This document shows positions 1-10,480 of a stretch of 64,000 bases of DNA, piece after piece. The position numbers and the translations under genes are program-made. Each line of letters opens with the position of its first letter. The stretch's first letter is position 1. The stretch spans positions 1,504,001 through 1,568,000 of the forward strand of contig CP000070.1 of assembly GCA_000002445.1 (NCBI GenBank), written 5' to 3'. The notes under the pieces are model-generated. The model was not told the DNA's origin. It made no database searches and saw only the letters and a program-made list of their open reading frames with translations. Source of the DNA: Trypanosoma brucei (Eukaryota).

Positions 1-696
1 TGCGTGAATTGCTGGTAAACTTAATGGGTCAGCGCGCGAAGGAAAAGTTGGAGGTTCCGTAAACAATTTGTGTGCGCGCCCTTGTGTTGGTGATTTTATT
101 TCAATCTGCAGTGCTTCTCGAGTGCGCTCCGAAGGTTGTTTACATCATCGAAGAGGGTCTCTGTGTTTTCGTTCCCTGTATTTCATGTTTATTCTGTGGT
201 GATATAGGTTAAACATAGTGCTGGGCATTATTCTAAGAGGACGAGCTGTAGGTGACGTATATTGTAGCGGTTCCCGTGTGCTGTTTGGTGAGAAGGCAGT
301 TCCGATACATGCATACTATATGCATACATGTATTGGACTGCTGGCCGTCGTTGACGGGATCCGTACGGGTTCCTTGTAACGATTACTTGAAGTGACTTAA
401 ATTCTCGTTAACAATTGGCGTGTGTGGAGGAAGAGGGGGGAACGATGATATGCAGTGAGCCCGTGGCCCGTTCCGTTTGTGTGGTGGCAGGACCTGTGCG
501 TGTGCGTGTGTGTTGTATTCGGTGGACAGTAAAAAGATGTTTTGCAGGTGTTTAGGACGGCGTATTGCACCTCAGGCATGTTATTGTCTTCGCCGTATAC
601 TTCCCACCAACAGTGTGTCTTTTCTCCCTTTACTTTTTTTCTTTTCTTGAAAAAAAAAATTACAAAGTGCATTTGCCGGATTGGAGCACTGCCTGC

Positions 697-3600
697 ATGG
701 CTGATCATGAAGATGTAATTCGTCCCATCCGTATAGGACCCAATGTTTTATCGACCGAGGATATTGATAGCTACGTGAAGGAGCTACTGTATAGTGCAGG
801 GCGAAAAAGGAACGCTGGGCAAAACTCTTTTAAAGGGAATGTGCAGCAGAAATCCCTGACAGTTGAGTATATACTTGAGAAAGTTTACGGGAGATTTTTC
901 AATCAATCGGGGCAATCTCCTTTTCCTGATGGTTTACCCTTTGCTTTGAAGCAGATTCCATCAATTGCCAGAATTGCCGAACTACAACTGAGAGTTACAG
1001 CACTAGTTCAATCTGCAGTTGCCACACGGCCCGTCGTCACTCTTCATGAATTAGAGTTGGAGGTTTGCAGTGCTGAAGGTGTTTCAATTTTCGCGGAACT
1101 TGGTTTAGGTGATTCACTGACCGCGTTGCCGTTTGTGCAGCACGCGTTCAATCTGCGGAGCTCAACAGGAGTTGTGGCCCCTATTACCAGCGACGATTTT
1201 TTACAATTTTTGTTGTTTCATGCTGACGCTGAAATAATGTTGACAAGCGGTGGGGACGCGGGGGATGCTGTACGTGCCTTTGCACAGTTTTACAAAAATG
1301 GCTACTACACCCCTCTGCAGCTGGGGATACATATTCAACACTTTTCTTGGCTGCTTCGCCTGCTGCGCCAAGAGACTGGAAGAACGTCGGCTTTTATTTC
1401 GCAAATTGTTGCAGAGAACATAAGGGCAGCTGATGGGCGTGCACTGCTTTACACGCGGGTCGTGGAGGCCCTGCATGGTTCCATGATACTGCGTGAGAAG
1501 GAAACTTCCGTATCGCACAAACTGTTCGTCCCATTTTCTGTGCGGGCACCGATGCCGGAAGCAGAGTCGATGGGAGTTCCGTTGGCGTTGTGGAATAAAT
1601 CGGGTGAGGGACCGGCGGGTGGTGTTTGTCTATACGGTGTTCTGCAAACTGATCCGATTTCAGCGCAACCCGCCGTCCCCGTGATAGTGACAAACGCGGG
1701 CACAGAGCCGGAACGGTCAGCGCCACACGAGAGTAGTGCACCTCCCAGTAACGCGGTACCAAGTGCTTTTCACGGGGATTCAAGTAGAATTACAAACAAC
1801 AACGATGTTGGAACTGGTCTTGCCTGTTCATCTGCCTTTGCTTACGCTAGAAAGCGGCAACGTCGTGTGGTGGCGGATGACTCTACAACGATTGTGGAAA
1901 CACCATCTTTTCCCAAAATGCGGGTTCCTCTTGAGCCTCCACCTTTTGATGTCACAGCCTCTAAAGCGTCAACGGTCTCTCTTCCTACGCTGAGTCTCCA
2001 GGATGCAATGTCCGTTTTACGTTGCCTCGTTGTGATGCAGTCGGCGCATCATTTTTCGTACGTCCCAACGGTGCATGATTTTACTGTTTTCAAATCTGCC
2101 TCTAATGAAGTTGTCCCCCTTTTTCTGAACGGGAGCACATCTGGGATATCGAGTGTTAACAGCGAAGCATCAAACAGCGGCACGTTCCACGTCAGTTTGG
2201 AGAAGCTTCTTACACTTCTGGGGCGAACTGGCGCCCCCAACAAGCTGTATGACCTCTACCGCTCTTTTAAAAACACTCTTTATTTTTACAACACTAATGA
2301 CCGTGAGAGTAGCCGCGGTGTCGGTAACGATTGTGGAGAAAACGGGTCGCCAGCTTCACTGATGCTTCAGTGTGTTGAGCTTGGAATGAGCGACTTGCTT
2401 TTCGTACCAGTTGTGGGAACTGATTCTCTACTCCCACTTGCAGCCGCAAGGTCCGCCCTCAGTGGCCGTGTTCTGCTGTCAGGGTACCGTTTGGGGGCGG
2501 ATTTGCTTGACTTTCATCCCCTCCATATTATACTGAGTCCCGTTTTCGATAATGGGGGAACCACGTATACGTTTGCTGGAGACACAAAAAACCGTGGTAA
2601 TAGGAGGGGAAATAAAACCGCTATTGTTATCGTTGACTCCCTTTGTTTATTCGGTTGTAAAAGCTTCCCCCATTCCGGTCACCTCCCTGAACCGTGTGAA
2701 AAGGGGGAGCACGAGGTCCAGCAGTTAGCCCGTAAAACTCTGGAAGATTGTGGTGTGATTACACGTGTTCCTGAAGAATGGTTCGAAAACGACTTTCTGG
2801 CGGAGATGTTAAAGCGCCAGGTAGAGGATCACCACAACCAAGTATGCACAAGTACAATGGAGGACCTACACATGGCGCTGAGGATGCTAACGTTGTACTG
2901 GTGGTTGATGGGGTTGTGTTTTTCGAAAACGGAAAGACATTTGGAGAAAGTGACGGGACTCTTAAACTCTTTGAATGACACTCGCTGGATCCCATATATT
3001 ACTCCAGGGAAGGAAAGCAATCGCAATATGTTGCGAGAAGATGCTGTTCGTTGGTGCACGCCTCGTGAGCTGTTCCCTTCAATTCAGTGCTTTATTGCTA
3101 GTGCGGCCTCGGAGTTATTGAATTTTGCCCCGCGCACATGTGTAGATCTTATCGAGCTCTGGAAACAGTATGCAATGAACTACTATGGCGCAGAAACTAC
3201 GGCGCGGGCAGTGCGGGAAGGTCAGTTTGCACTTGAGTTTTTGAACAGATGGGTGCCTATCGTGAGGAATCTTGTAGGGACGTCACCGTCACTCTGTAAT
3301 GAATTACGAGCCGCACTTTTTGGGATGCCGCGGTCGTGGAATGCAGAAGTGGCACTGAGAGTTCTCCGCTCGCTGCGCATCGGCATGCACGTTTCGGTCG
3401 GGGGGATCCGTCACTTGGTGCACTGTATTGCTTCTGACGTCGGAAGCCGCCGTGAAGTCGCCCTTCGCAGCCTTAAAAAAGAGCCGTTGCTTCCTCTTCC
3501 ACCGCCGCACAGTGCAATCGCATCCAACGAGCCATTCATTATAGGGGAATTGGCTACATGCGACACTGTGCATTGGTTTTCACTGACTGAGTGCGCCAAA

Positions 3601-5634
3601 GCCCCTTCCTCATCTGACTGTAAAATGGGTGCGGGAGGTGAGCACTTTGACTTGGAGATATTCGACCGATCCATTTGCTTCCTTGGAGATGATCTTTGTG
3701 GTTTCTTCCGCGAACTTCTTGGCGTTTCCCCCGTTCCAACCGTTGCTTCATGGGTAGCCACAGCACAGTCTTACAGGCATCGCGTTTCTGCAGGCTCTAT
3801 TATCAACACGAGTCTGACCGAGTTGTTCCTGCACGCGCTCACCATTTGTTGCACACTGCAATACCGCGAGATTGTTAGTGTACTGGAGAAGCGTATGGGG
3901 TGCGGGAGCCAGGATAGAAAACACCGCTCTTCACCACAGGGTGTTGCGCAAAACGCCCTCCAGGAGCTTTTAGATCGTGTGCCTGCCAACAGTAAAGGTG
4001 CTTATATTTTCCCCCTGAATGGTAAGTGGCGATCGGGGGCCGAGGGTTTGTTTTTCTGTGGTTCCTACTACTGCGGATTTGACGAAGTTGCCCTGCAGGC
4101 CGTAGAAAATGGAGAAACTGAGGGAGGGAACTCTGTTGCCGCGCTTCCTGCACTGAAGTTCACACACGAACTATCGCACTATGCTGTTGCAACCGTGCTG
4201 CAGAAAATGGGTCTTACTGCACTGGAAGATTGCACGGAAAAGATTGTTACCTTTAGCAGCTTGAATACCGAAAGCAGCGCCGAGCTTCACCGTATGATCG
4301 GTGAGTGTGTGCCGCGTGTACAAGGGTTTATGCGTGCGCAGTACCCGCTTTACTATGAACTTGTTGATGAAGAAGTGCGACACCGCTTGGAAAACTTTGG
4401 TACCACATTGGCGAAGGACCCCGTATTGAAAGAAGTGCTGCGTTACCGAGGAAAAGTATACAGCATGGTGCGCACCGTTCGCTGCACATATATCCCACAA
4501 CACCATTGTATCTATGGCGTCGACGAGCAGTTTACATCTTCTGTTGGAGCTGAGGCTGTAGCAGATATTTTTGTGCCGCGGCCGGATGCGGAGGTGCGTC
4601 GCGGGTTGTTGAGTGCCCTGCAAGAATGGTTTAATTGCGGGAGTCTTCAGTTCTACGGTGAAGAATTCTCCTGCGAGACGTTATCGTCACAAGTTACCAC
4701 AGAAGCTCATGAAACGCGTGCTCCATCTGATGATCCGCAGTGGCATCTTTCCGCTGCTTCCGTGTCACGTTTCAGGGACCATTTTCCACTCGGGCATGAG
4801 GGGTTCTCCCTCATAGGGAAACCGTTGCTAACTGCAGGGAAGTCGTCCAATGGCGCACGTAGCGCAAACTTGAGGGTGTCCCTCTGGGGTGATGGTGACG
4901 GATATTCAGTCAGGTCGTTACCCAAATGGTCGTGCGAGTTTTTTTGCTCTGCACATGAGGTAATTCGTGCTGCGGTTAAACGCATTCGTAGGGGCGATGA
5001 TGAATCGAACACTGGAGAAAATCCGGATGTATCGGAAGAATTCGATGCGGACAACGACGGAAGTGCTATTCGCAATGCGGAGTTGGGAGTGTCAATTCAT
5101 ATGGGAGGGAAGCATCATCGAAGGCGTGCAAAGCGGAATCCTGGCCCGATGGTAATATACCGTCCAGAAGGTCCTCTGAAACGATACGACACTCACGACT
5201 ATTCTGTGGCAGCTGAGCGTTTCGTGTACGAAAAATTGTGTAATGAGACGCCCACCGATGTCGAGGTTGTCTGGGTGAATGAGCACTCCGAACTTGGCGT
5301 CCCTTATGATATTTTGCTGCTGCGGCGCATCGTGTCTTCCCCGACGAAGAAACGCAATATTGGAGAGTTAACTGGCAAGGAAGATGTTTTAGCCTTTATT
5401 GAGGTCAAAAGTACGTGCACCAATACCCGCCGGGACTTTGAGATGTCACTGCGCGAGGTTCTTTTTGCAGCTCGATTCGGCAGGGCGTACAAAGTGTATA
5501 GGGTATTCCGTGCCTCAACCAGTGCTATGCGGGAAATGCACGTGGAAGTATTGGAAGATATCATAACAATGTGGCATCAAGGGAAACTCACGCTGACAGG
5601 AGAAGTGAAGGTGATGCCGACGGGAAGCGGTTGA
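697..5634 (+). CDS. Large conserved hypothetical protein (~1645 aa) with a C-terminal DUF3883 / PD-(D/E)xK restriction-endonuclease-like module
   Basis: Uninterrupted ORF from 565. The track start at 565 is TTG and the translated N-terminus is a polypyrimidine tract, so the first ATG at 697 (MADHEDVIRP...) is taken as the start. The C-terminal ~145 aa (nt ~5194-5631) carry AERFVYEKL...VWVNE...GVPYDILLL...FIEVKST, matching the remembered DUF3883 pattern (G-E..V...L, W, GYDI, IEVKTT), i.e. a D...E-x-K nuclease-like core. No other recognisable domain in the upstream ~1500 aa. Confidence 0.6.
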   Translation: MADHEDVIRPIRIGPNVLSTEDIDSYVKELLYSAGRKRNAGQNSFKGNVQQKSLTVEYILEKVYGRFFNQSGQSPFPDGLPFALKQIPSIARIAELQLRVTALVQSAVATRPVVTLHELELEVCSAEGVSIFAELGLGDSLTALPFVQHAFNLRSSTGVVAPITSDDFLQFLLFHADAEIMLTSGGDAGDAVRAFAQFYKNGYYTPLQLGIHIQHFSWLLRLLRQETGRTSAFISQIVAENIRAADGRALLYTRVVEALHGSMILREKETSVSHKLFVPFSVRAPMPEAESMGVPLALWNKSGEGPAGGVCLYGVLQTDPISAQPAVPVIVTNAGTEPERSAPHESSAPPSNAVPSAFHGDSSRITNNNDVGTGLACSSAFAYARKRQRRVVADDSTTIVETPSFPKMRVPLEPPPFDVTASKASTVSLPTLSLQDAMSVLRCLVVMQSAHHFSYVPTVHDFTVFKSASNEVVPLFLNGSTSGISSVNSEASNSGTFHVSLEKLLTLLGRTGAPNKLYDLYRSFKNTLYFYNTNDRESSRGVGNDCGENGSPASLMLQCVELGMSDLLFVPVVGTDSLLPLAAARSALSGRVLLSGYRLGADLLDFHPLHIILSPVFDNGGTTYTFAGDTKNRGNRRGNKTAIVIVDSLCLFGCKSFPHSGHLPEPCEKGEHEVQQLARKTLEDCGVITRVPEEWFENDFLAEMLKRQVEDHHNQVCTSTMEDLHMALRMLTLYWWLMGLCFSKTERHLEKVTGLLNSLNDTRWIPYITPGKESNRNMLREDAVRWCTPRELFPSIQCFIASAASELLNFAPRTCVDLIELWKQYAMNYYGAETTARAVREGQFALEFLNRWVPIVRNLVGTSPSLCNELRAALFGMPRSWNAEVALRVLRSLRIGMHVSVGGIRHLVHCIASDVGSRREVALRSLKKEPLLPLPPPHSAIASNEPFIIGELATCDTVHWFSLTECAKAPSSSDCKMGAGGEHFDLEIFDRSICFLGDDLCGFFRELLGVSPVPTVASWVATAQSYRHRVSAGSIINTSLTELFLHALTICCTLQYREIVSVLEKRMGCGSQDRKHRSSPQGVAQNALQELLDRVPANSKGAYIFPLNGKWRSGAEGLFFCGSYYCGFDEVALQAVENGETEGGNSVAALPALKFTHELSHYAVATVLQKMGLTALEDCTEKIVTFSSLNTESSAELHRMIGECVPRVQGFMRAQYPLYYELVDEEVRHRLENFGTTLAKDPVLKEVLRYRGKVYSMVRTVRCTYIPQHHCIYGVDEQFTSSVGAEAVADIFVPRPDAEVRRGLLSALQEWFNCGSLQFYGEEFSCETLSSQVTTEAHETRAPSDDPQWHLSAASVSRFRDHFPLGHEGFSLIGKPLLTAGKSSNGARSANLRVSLWGDGDGYSVRSLPKWSCEFFCSAHEVIRAAVKRIRRGDDESNTGENPDVSEEFDADNDGSAIRNAELGVSIHMGGKHHRRRAKRNPGPMVIYRPEGPLKRYDTHDYSVAAERFVYEKLCNETPTDVEVVWVNEHSELGVPYDILLLRRIVSSPTKKRNIGELTGKEDVLAFIEVKSTCTNTRRDFEMSLREVLFAARFGRAYKVYRVFRASTSAMREMHVEVLEDIITMWHQGKLTLTGEVKVMPTGSG

Positions 5635-6943
5635 GTACTCATTTTCTTTTCTTTAGCCACTGTAGGTGTCTTCACTTGTGCATGTTCGCTTCATTCCCAG
5701 CCTATCTCCTTCCTGCTGTCCCACATTTAGTGCTCAATAATATGTTCTCTTATGGGCAATATGAGGGAACTTGGACGAATAGCGCAGCTCTGAAGTCGTA
5801 TGGCCGCGCGCTCATTGTGCGTTTGCTGACTTCTTTATCACATCAATACTTTGATTGAGTGGGTCAAGCTCAGCAGCAAGATTGTCGCCATGAATCGCAT
5901 TAGTTTTAACGTTTAAGTAGCCTATCTTCCCGTCATATTTGAGCGGATATCTGTTTAGTTGCACTTGACAATGTTTGTATTCCAATGTGTTGTCAAAGCA
6001 TTTACATACCTTATATAATTCTCCGCCCTTTTGTTGTTTTTCTTTCTTTGTTCATTGTGGTCTAGGGAAAGGTTTGCGGGAGGCCGCATATGTATTTATT
6101 AGAGTTGGACCTCAAGTGGTTCTGTCGATTTTCTTTATGTGATATCGTTGGGGTCCTGTCACACAGCATGTACTAATTCATTTCATAAACCAGTGGTGGA
6201 TGGGATGGGGGGAAATTAATGCTGTGGGTTTCCTTAAATGCCAGTGTAGCGTCCCGTCAGGGTTATCGAATTAGCTTCATATTATGTTAGATGTGTAGCG
6301 GTGCGAAGGACGGTCGACTTCCCTAGTGTAACATTCTCTCTTCCCAACCATTCATAGAGGCGCTTGACTCCCGTCAAATTATAAGTAATAATTGTAGTAA
6401 ACCCCCTTTATCGTAGTTTGGATAATTGCTATTATTATTGTGTGACACTACATGCACGCATGTTGCTTTCATTAATTCGCGGATTGCTGGAAATTTGTGA
6501 CTTCTCCACGCAGTTGCCCTATCGTTACTTTCTCCCTCCTGCGGGGAAGGGGGTTGCTGTGTTCAAATTTTACTATTTAATTCCCTGATTTTTTGTCCTT
6601 CCCTTTTTCTTTTTCTCCTCATGTGATTTCCCCTAAGTGCGGCTTAAGGTGAAGGTAGGGGAAACTGGTGGTGTTCATTCATCTTTCCTTCAGTTTTTCT
6701 GCCCTACAACCCTTTTGACCGTGTTTTTTATCAAAAAAAAATTTCATTAAAGAGTTTTTTACAAGTGTAGAAAGATATAATACGGAAAGTAAGGTGTGTG
6801 ACACAGAGGTAACTCAAAGGAAACAAGGGCCTGACGGGCTATATTTAAAGGAGAGGAAGAGATAGGATAGGGTAGGAGAAAATAATAAAAATAAGAAACA
6901 AAGTTTCTTGTGCGAACACTTCCCCTCTTGTCCCCGCTGTTAA

Positions 6944-9900
6944 ATGGGGTGTAACCTTTCCAGCTCTACAAAGAATGTGAACCCATTTGGTGTAAAAGGT
7001 GTTCATGTTGGTAGGGATGGTGATGTGGATCTCACATCGCGTAGCATAAGCTACTTCGGGTTGGATTTTGTTGGGCTCATAAATACGGGCGAGCTGCACA
7101 CACCGCGGAAGTTACATCTGACTGACAACAAACTCTATACACTGGGCAAGGAAATGACACTGCTACCAGACATTGAAGAAATTTACATCGATTGCAACAT
7201 TTTTGAGCGTCTTCCTGTCGTTTTGGGAGATATGCCACGACTTTGCGTAGTGGATGCGAGCTCAAACAATTTAGGTCATCACGTCCACGCTCTCGACGCG
7301 GTGTCACGCATCGCTAATCTTACACGACTCGTGCTGAGAAATTGTTCGCTGACCACCATACCGGCGTGTGTGCTCAGATGTCCCGTCCTGAAGGAACTTG
7401 ACGTATCGAACAACGGCAGCCTCAATTTTGGAGGTGTCCAGTTTTCGCAACTTCCAATGTTGGTCCGCCTGTTCATTGCAGACTGTGGTATAATCGGTGA
7501 ACTTCCAAATGGTGTTAGGAACCTCCAGTCGCTTGAGACGCTTGATGTATCGGGAAACGTCTTTGAGTTTGAGAATCCTGACTTCTTTGGCGAGTTCTTG
7601 TGTGCCTCACTAACGGAGTTGCATCTTAGAGATCTGTACCTTGCAGCGGTGCCGCGTGTTGTGATTAAACTGCGTAAGTTGGCTACTCTTGACCTTTCGC
7701 GGAACCCCTTGGAAACATTGGATGTGATAGCGGGACGCCTCGTAAGAGAGTTCACATCACGCGGCTCCATGAAAACAAGCATATCTTCTAACCTAATCAA
7801 TGAGCACAATGATGATGCAACTAGTGTGGGGTCGCAGAGTAGCGCTGCGAAGAGCTTTGGACAGAACAATCGCAAAGGGTGTATTGTTGCGGTTCCTCAG
7901 CCCATTCCCTTGAAGACGCTGTCACTACGTGCGTGTTCGCTGCGTACGCTACCAAAATATTTCCACCGCTTGACAAGTTTGGTAAAACTTGACTTGAGTG
8001 ACAACGATCAACTCGACGATCCCAACTTGACGTTTATCTCATTCAAGCACTTGCAGGAACTTAACATCGTCGGGTGTCCTTTCGCGGTAAATATCCGTGG
8101 GGCTAAGAACGAGTGGCTTGACATTGGAAGTCTTGGTTCGTTGCATACGCTTCATTGGGAATCATGGAAGGGAGGACGCAACATTAGCCCTTACCGCACA
8201 CGAGTGCCACTGGAGATTTGTGGTCTTAATCTGCAACGCATTAATTGTATCACGCTACGAAAGGGTTTGTTTGTGGGTGATACTGTTCAGACGATGGTTA
8301 ACTTACTCATGGATGGCTATTTCAAGGTAGATATTGCAATAGATGACGAACTTGTACCGAGTCATCTGGGGGCAGTGTGCACACTCCATCCGCTTGGGTG
8401 GTTTTTCTTCTCAAGTGGTGAGGCTGAGGAGGGGCCCACGGGGAATAATGACAAAAGCGGAAGGTGTGTTGGTAACGGTGGTGGGAAAGATGAAGAATGT
8501 AGCGCGAAGAAGCCTCAGGTGGCGGATCCGGGTGAGAACGTGGCACCTTTTTTTTCGGTGGGCAATCATCCCTCAGACGGTAAATTGCGGCGGGACGTGC
8601 TCCAAATTGTAATAAGCCGCTATATATTTTTTCTTGCGATGCAGGCTGCAAACTTCAAGGCTGTTATTGTGCCCCCTGTAGATGTTATGGCGATTCATTA
8701 CGCTCAAATGACCCAAGATCCCGTAGCGTACCGAAGAGACTGTGAAGCAGTGTGCCGCCAGGTGTTAAATTGCAACTACCGCATGCTCTTCCTTCAGAAA
8801 CACGAGGATCCGCAAGGGGTGAAGGAGACGTTGGCAGCCAGCAAACACGTTTGGGATAGAATGATTCGAACCGTACAGAAGGATCTTCATTGGTTACACT
8901 ACGACTTCTGGGAGCTGCGAGCCAAGCAGAATCCCTCCTCAAGAAACGCGTTGCAGGATGGTGATACGGTTTCTTCCATAGAGGATGAAGTTCGGGACAT
9001 TTTAGCTACCTTTGGTGTATCCGGATTTATAAATGGGAAACCCCTGGCCTCCTCCGTGGTGGGGAATCTTGACGGCCTACACAATGTTAATTCAGTAGCT
9101 GACCTTAGTGCCGTTTTGGACCCATTCATCACGGCACACTTTCAGAATCAGAGCATGGACCGTTTTGCCGTTTCATTACAGAGGTTTTTTAGTATGAATA
9201 ACCATTTCATTGAGCACGAGGAAAAACTAAAGGTACAGTTTATGGACTGGACCCGTTATGTAAAGTACCTTGCCCTCTACGCGCAAATTAATCGCCTGAA
9301 GGATCCAAAAATTGACACAGACGATGGGGATCAAGCGGCTACTGAACTGAAAAATCTGTCAATATTTTCTTCAGACTCGTACCTGCCGCGTCCCCAAAAG
9401 TCAATAGCACCCCTTCAGGCAGCTTTGCGCCGGAGTAGGCAAGCTGATAGCAGCAAACCCTCCTCGGTTCATGGGCATCAAAACGGTACGGACACCGGAA
9501 ACACATACCATGGCCACAATGGCCCTCCAAATAAGAAGGAGATGTTCAAGTCACAACCTCCCTCGAAGCGTCCTTCAGTGCTTTCGCGACGGAGTGATAC
9601 CGAATTTCATGGACACCGCCGCCAAAGGCAACTATCGACGACAGACCCCGTTCCAACAATCGGTATCACTCTGCTTCTGCACTGCCACCGTACTGATCAC
9701 GTAAAATACAAGGAGGTACTTCACCTTCTCGGAATTGACAATGTGGATGTTATGTGGGAGGAAACTACGGATGCGGTGGATGAAACGATGCGGTCATGGA
9801 ATACACTCTATGGTGAACACTATGTGGAGGACGTTAACATTGCATTTGTCTCATACGCCGCGAAGTACAAGGCAGGCGACAACACGCACGTGGACCCAAC

Positions 9901-10024
9901 TTCGCGTGACCACATTCAGACGTCGGCTGCTGTTTCACATAGGCGAACGAAGTCGAAACGCAGTGACAAGCCTTACCGGGAAGTCAGTTTCTGTTGTGCA
10001 GATAGTCAGAAGGGTATTTATTAG
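6944..10024 (+). CDS. Leucine-rich repeat protein (1026 aa) with an N-terminal MGCxxS dual-acylation (myristoyl/palmitoyl) signal
   Basis: ATG at 6944 preceded by a pyrimidine-rich stretch. N-terminus MGCNLSS is the classic Gly2-myristoylation plus Cys3-palmitoylation motif. Residues ~60-400 contain repeated LxxLxLxxNxL LRR units (LHLTDNKL, LDVSNNGSL, LDVSGNVF, LDLSRNPL, LDLSDNDQL). The C-terminal half is non-repetitive. Confidence 0.7.
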   Translation: MGCNLSSSTKNVNPFGVKGVHVGRDGDVDLTSRSISYFGLDFVGLINTGELHTPRKLHLTDNKLYTLGKEMTLLPDIEEIYIDCNIFERLPVVLGDMPRLCVVDASSNNLGHHVHALDAVSRIANLTRLVLRNCSLTTIPACVLRCPVLKELDVSNNGSLNFGGVQFSQLPMLVRLFIADCGIIGELPNGVRNLQSLETLDVSGNVFEFENPDFFGEFLCASLTELHLRDLYLAAVPRVVIKLRKLATLDLSRNPLETLDVIAGRLVREFTSRGSMKTSISSNLINEHNDDATSVGSQSSAAKSFGQNNRKGCIVAVPQPIPLKTLSLRACSLRTLPKYFHRLTSLVKLDLSDNDQLDDPNLTFISFKHLQELNIVGCPFAVNIRGAKNEWLDIGSLGSLHTLHWESWKGGRNISPYRTRVPLEICGLNLQRINCITLRKGLFVGDTVQTMVNLLMDGYFKVDIAIDDELVPSHLGAVCTLHPLGWFFFSSGEAEEGPTGNNDKSGRCVGNGGGKDEECSAKKPQVADPGENVAPFFSVGNHPSDGKLRRDVLQIVISRYIFFLAMQAANFKAVIVPPVDVMAIHYAQMTQDPVAYRRDCEAVCRQVLNCNYRMLFLQKHEDPQGVKETLAASKHVWDRMIRTVQKDLHWLHYDFWELRAKQNPSSRNALQDGDTVSSIEDEVRDILATFGVSGFINGKPLASSVVGNLDGLHNVNSVADLSAVLDPFITAHFQNQSMDRFAVSLQRFFSMNNHFIEHEEKLKVQFMDWTRYVKYLALYAQINRLKDPKIDTDDGDQAATELKNLSIFSSDSYLPRPQKSIAPLQAALRRSRQADSSKPSSVHGHQNGTDTGNTYHGHNGPPNKKEMFKSQPPSKRPSVLSRRSDTEFHGHRRQRQLSTTDPVPTIGITLLLHCHRTDHVKYKEVLHLLGIDNVDVMWEETTDAVDETMRSWNTLYGEHYVEDVNIAFVSYAAKYKAGDNTHVDPTSRDHIQTSAAVSHRRTKSKRSDKPYREVSFCCADSQKGIY

Positions 10025-10081
10025 CTTATGAGCGCAACCTGTTCTACGTGACCTCTGGCGTTGATGTTCACTTCTTTTTGG

Positions 10082-10109
<28 letters not shown>
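10082..10109. repeat. (AT)14 dinucleotide microsatellite
   Basis: Directly read, immediately 3' of the LRR gene stop. Confidence 0.9.
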
Positions 10110-10112
<3 letters not shown>

Positions 10113-10460
10113 TGTGTATGTGTCTATTTGTGAGGAGGAGAAGGTGCTCCTTCATTGTACCGATGCTCTTTCAACTCCTCTTCGCTAACTTTGTGCCCTT
10201 CAAAGCGTCTGCTTTGCAGTCAGATGCAGAAGAAGGATTGTAAAATACGGAGAGGAAGACACTGGAGTAACATGTGAATGTTAAAAAAGGAAAGGAAAAC
10301 GAGTACTGACCCGAATAGGTGTCGAAAAAATAATTTGAAAAATAGTATCAGAATCACGGAAGAATGGTAATAAGACAAGAAAGATAGCAAGAGAAAGAAG
10401 TTGCGCGTTTACAAGTTTGTATATATGTGTCTTTGTATTGAAGAGGAGAGGAAAGGAAGG

Positions 10461-10480
10461 GATTGGATTGGATTGGATTG
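10461..10480. repeat. (GATTG)4 pentanucleotide tandem repeat
   Basis: gattggattggattggattg directly read. Confidence 0.9.

Noticed and set aside
565-696. ORF-track N-terminal extensions starting at non-ATG codons (TTG at 565, GTG at 26299, GTG at 33587, GTG at 36167, TTG at 38161), plus polyY-encoded N-termini at 17222, 39544 and 44128
   Set aside because: The track evidently allows bacterial alternative starts. The extensions translate polypyrimidine/UTR-like sequence (e.g. CLFSLYFFSFLEKK), so the first downstream ATG after the polyY tract was used instead.
7279-7875. Minus-strand ORFs of 100-200 aa (7279-7875, 4171-4623, 44693-45232, 38757-39224, 21948-22589)
   Set aside because: All lie antisense within strong + strand genes and have no recognisable motifs. 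They are typical shadow ORFs in 50%-GC coding sequence.
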